Assembly: GCA_964016885.1 (NCBI GenBank)
Contig: OZ024750.1
Location: 17,670,001 to 17,734,000, forward strand
Direction: 5' to 3'
Source of the DNA: Eledone cirrhosa
Lineage: Eukaryota
DNA: 64,000 nucleotides
Shown here: positions 60,066 through 64,000 of the stretch, one piece after another
Layout: every line of letters begins with the position of its first letter
How positions within the stretch are numbered: the first letter of the stretch is position 1
Notes under the pieces: generated by a model
What the model was told of the DNA's origin: nothing
Database searches by the model: none
Seen by the model: the letters and a program-made list of their open reading frames with translations, nothing else
Program-made: the position numbers and the translations under genes

Positions 60066-60614
60066 AACTTGGCATGCATAAGGCTTTCACAATTACCAAC
60101 TGAATTTGACAAAATTTTCTGTGCACGTTGCACAGTTTGCTAAGATTGTTACATCACAAATATTTTTCAAATCGACCCACGTTGAGCAATAAAAAATCGA
60201 TATCAAAATTATCGGTAGAAAAATTGATGTAAGAGAGATAACAAACTTTGACAATCCTTATAAAGAGAGAGATAATCTTTTCACCAAATATGCCCCGTAT
60301 TAACTTTTTGTACTTTAGCAAAACTGCCTGTTTTTTTTTACAGATTTGCAACGTGTATTGTCTTTAATCATTTGTATAGCTACATCCTGTTCAGTGTTTT
60401 CCTTCATTATCAGCATAGTTTTATGTGTACAAAGATTGCACTAAATATTCGTTTACATTAATTATTGAAGACTTCTGCTTATTCTGACAGGTTGGGGACA
60501 AATAATGTTCTTCTTTTACTTCCTAGCTGTATATTCTTAGCATAATTTCAAACCCCGAGCAACGCCGGGTAAATCTGCTAGTAGTCAATATAGAATAATG
60601 TAAATGTTAAAAGG
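59820..60614. mobile_element. piggyBac-like MITE family 1, interrupted by the Helitron
   Basis: TTAA|ccctttcgcattta ... taaatgttaaaagg|TTAA. Confidence 0.75.
59991..60581 (+). mobile_element. Non-autonomous Helitron nested in a piggyBac-like MITE
   Basis: A|TC 5' end, internal (TA)/(GT) repeats, subterminal hairpin cccgagcaacgccggg, CTAG|T 3' end, no TSD; empty site at about 28817-28845. Confidence 0.88.
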
Positions 60615-60944
60615 TTAAGTACTATTCCTGGAGTGGTGGATTCACAGAATTGGTAAAGTGTCAGATGCAATGCCTTACTGTATCTATACCAGTTCTGTGC
60701 TTTTTGAGTTGTTCTTGCCACTTGAGAAGCAGTGGTGTTTATATCAGAGGTTGTTACCAATAGATGCACTGTACACCTGTTGTCACAATAGATACAGTGC
60801 ATCTCACAACATATATTGTATGCCAGATGTCACAACAGCTACACTATGTCCCAGCTGTCTCAACAGGTACACTATGTCCCAGATGTCACAACAGTTACAC
60901 TATGTCCCAGATGTTGCAACGGCTACACAGTACTCTAGATGTCA

Positions 60945-61515
60945 GAACAGATATACTGGATCTCAGATATTACAACTGGTATACTGGATCTCAGATATTA
61001 CAACAGGTATACTGGATCTCAGATATTACAACTGGTATACTGGATCTCAGATATTACAACTGGTATACTGGATCTCAGATATTACAACAGGTATACTGGA
61101 TCTCAGATATTACAACTGGTATACTGGATCTCAGATATTACAACAGATATACTGGATCTCAGATATTACAACTGGTATACTGGATCTCAGATATTACAAC
61201 TGGTATACTGGATCTCAGATATTACAACTGGTATACTGGATCTCAGATATTACAACAGATATACTGGATCTCAGATATTACAACTGGTATACTGGATCTC
61301 AGATATTACAACAGGTATACTGGATCTCAGATATTACAACAGATATACTGGATCTCAGATATTACAACTGGTATACTGGATCTCAGATATTACAACTGGT
61401 ATACTGGATCTCAGATATTACAACAGGTATACTGGATCTCAGATATTACAACAGGTATACTGGATCTCAGATATTACAACAGGTATACTGGATCTCAGAT
61501 ATTACAACTGGTACA
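60945..61515. repeat. 28-bp minisatellite, about 20 units
   Basis: tatactggatctcagatattacaac[tgg|agg|aga]; degenerate units on both flanks. Confidence 0.97.
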
Positions 61516-61890
61516 CTGTATCGTTGGATATCACAAGTATACTGCATCTCTGTTACAATAGGTACATTGCATTCTTGCATGTTGTAAAAGTTGGTGTCTG
61601 AAAGGACACCTGGTGGTAAGATACTGCCTCAGCAAGTCTTGTACAGCCCATGCCATCATGGAGGGGAAGGCATAAAGACTATTATGAATTATGAAAACTA
61701 TGTTCACCATAGTAGTACAATAATTGAAATCAACAATCTCAGTTATGACAAAATTGGTAACCAACACAGAAAGAACAATATATATATATATATATACATA
61801 TATGCAGAGGTTATATTTAATTTGTTGGGATTCAACAAGCTTAAACATTTATTATAAAGCACTCAACAGGTAATGGAGTAAATACACAAT

Positions 61891-62100
61891 ATATTAATAA
61901 ATGGAAACTATATTTATAAAACCATATTTAAGCTCCAACCGTTAAGGTTGTCTTTTTTTCCGGGTATGTCAATATTTATTTATAAAACAAATCTGTATTT
62001 TATCTGATGAAAGCGCACCATAATTTGCCTTGGTGACCCTTGAAATATGTATAATAAAATAAATATGGTTTTATAAATATAGTTTCCATTTATTAATATA
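61891..62100 (+). mobile_element. Fold-back hammerhead element in Rab21 intron 1
   Basis: Perfect 40-bp arms 61891-61930 and 62060-62100 enclosing a hammerhead. Confidence 0.8.
61996..62061 (+). ncRNA. Type I hammerhead ribozyme
   Basis: tattttat CTGATGA aag cg cacca(10 nt)tggtg acc ctt GAAA tatgta TA ataaaata: 8-bp stem I, bipartite stem II, AUA site. Confidence 0.8.
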
Positions 62101-62120
62101 TATGTATGTATGTATGTGTG

Positions 62121-62207
<87 letters not shown>

Positions 62208-62879
62208 AGAGAGCATGCACGTATGTATATATATACAAGTCAGATGATTAATAACAATTGTTACTCATATTTGTATATAGAAACATATTTAAACTACATT
62301 TTTACTTATATTATTGAATCTAATTAAATAGAGAACCACCACCCTCGTTATTAATTTAGTGTTTAGAACTTAACTTTACATGGTTCTTACATAACATTAT
62401 GAAGGTAGGTTTTTAAATATATATAAAAATTTTAACATAAACACATAAACAGTCTTCTATTGTAAAACCAGGGCTGTTTGGGGGCATTTGGTACCAAAAA
62501 AGTTTAAACAAAGTCTTTTATTATAGAACCAAGGGCTGGTTTCAGGTGGTTTGGTATCAAAAGGGTTAAAACAAAGTCTTGTAATGTAGAACCAGCACTC
62601 ATTTCAGATGGTTTGGTATGAAAAGTATTAAACGTATAATAGACTTTGTCAGGTGCAACATAGCACTGACAAAGAGTCATAAATTGTTGTCCTGTTTAAA
62701 TATATTTATGAAAATGCAACTACAAACACTATTATGTTAACAGCTGATTTAATGTTAAGACACAGCTGATAAATTCCGACCTCACACACTTACACCTCTC
62801 CAAGACAATGTCACTGGACCGAGAGCTTTGGCGGTACTCAGTAATAGAGAAGACCCGCGTTACCTAAATACAAAGTAAA

Positions 62880-63268
62880 ACCTACTACAGTCAGTAGGCA
62901 TCTCTAACAAAATACACCCCCGTCCCACCACCCACACCACCCCCACCCCATCCACACCGTCCCTTTCAATGTAAAGTTATGTTGGTGCCACAAAATCCAG
63001 GCCGAAACAAATGAGATCGTGTAGGTGTAGAAAACCTGCCAGACAGTCCACGCTGTAATGTGGCCGTGTAGGCAACACGGTAAAAACCTCCCAGCCCCAC
63101 ACTGTAAATGTGGTTGGTGTTAGGAAGGGCATCCAACTGTAGAAAACCCGCCAGACAGTCCTATGCGAGCAAGACAACCACTCTTGCCTCAAGTGGGAAA
63201 ACTCCCGTCCAAACCCATGCAAGCATGGAACACGGACGTTAAACGATGATGATGATGATGATGATGAC
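62880..63268 (+). mobile_element. SINE-like family C
   Basis: Homologous to the reverse complement of 53866-54170. Confidence 0.8.
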
Positions 63269-64000
63269 ACAGACTAAAGAACTTCAAGTGTAGGAGGCTG
63301 ATTTGGAAGCAATACCAGAAATACTATAAACTACACAATTATGTAATATAATACAGTGTATACACTAGCTTGTACTAAACTATACGATTATGTAATGTGG
63401 CACATTTAGTGGAAAATATTAGCTTGTACTAAATTATAGAATTATATAACACTGTAAATATAGTCTGAAAGACCCTTCTAGTACTGGTGCCATGATAGAA
63501 TGCACCCACTACACTCTGTAAAGTGGTTGACATTAGGAAGGGCATTCAGTTGTAGAAACCATGCCAAATATGGAATGTATGAACAAAAGATGCCCCCGCT
63601 CCCAATACATCTATTCTTAGACCATGGCAACCCATCTAACCTATGCCTGCATGGAAAGCATACGTAAAAGGATGATGATAGTGTAAACACTAACCTCTGT
63701 ACTAATCTATAAAATTGTGTAATGTAGTACATTTAGTGGTAATATAATTTATATAGGGTATATAACTAGGTTGTGCTAAATTATCAAACTACATTTTTGG
63801 TACATATAGTGCATATATTATAGGTTGTACTAAATTCTCAGAGTTCAAATTGGAGGTCAACTTTACCTTTCATGTTTGAGGTTGATAAAAAAGAAAAAAA
63901 AATGCCACTCCAGTACTAGTCAATTCTTCCTCTATCATTTCTAGCACTCTCTCTTTCTCTCCTTCTCTGGAAGACTTTGTGTTCAGACCTGGAGAGGGAT

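Noticed and set aside
57251-64000. Rab21 exon 1 (GEGCVGKTS..TTLQ)
   Set aside because: Not found on the minus strand; presumably beyond position 64000.

Overview
AT-rich, microsatellite-saturated eukaryotic DNA. The SINE, LINE and microsatellite landscape suggests an octopod cephalopod (inference). Genes: five coding exons of Rab21 on the minus strand (57250 down to 50445, ending in GCC-stop; exon 1 with the P-loop is not in the window) and a probable terminal coding exon of an unidentified plus-strand gene (10892-11111). The two genes converge across about 39 kb of repeats. The repeats include three SINE types, RTE/CR1/R4/Tx1 LINE fragments, piggyBac-, hAT- and Tc1-type MITEs, a nested Helitron and several minisatellites. 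Almost all long ORFs in the track are microsatellite artefacts. The main discovery is a dense population of short elements, 100-300 bp, most lying in or beside (TA)n tracts. They belong to many unrelated sequence families but share one architecture: a 5' fold-back (arms up to about 129 bp), a type I hammerhead ribozyme and a conserved 3' RCTC..GAGY stem-loop. I count about 15 complete or near-complete hammerhead folds plus several remnants in 64 kb. They include a U3-A8 compensatory variant in the sense orientation of a Rab21 intron and a natural minizyme lacking stem II. They are best explained as non-autonomous Penelope-like or retrozyme-type retroelements. All folds were read by eye and none has been tested.
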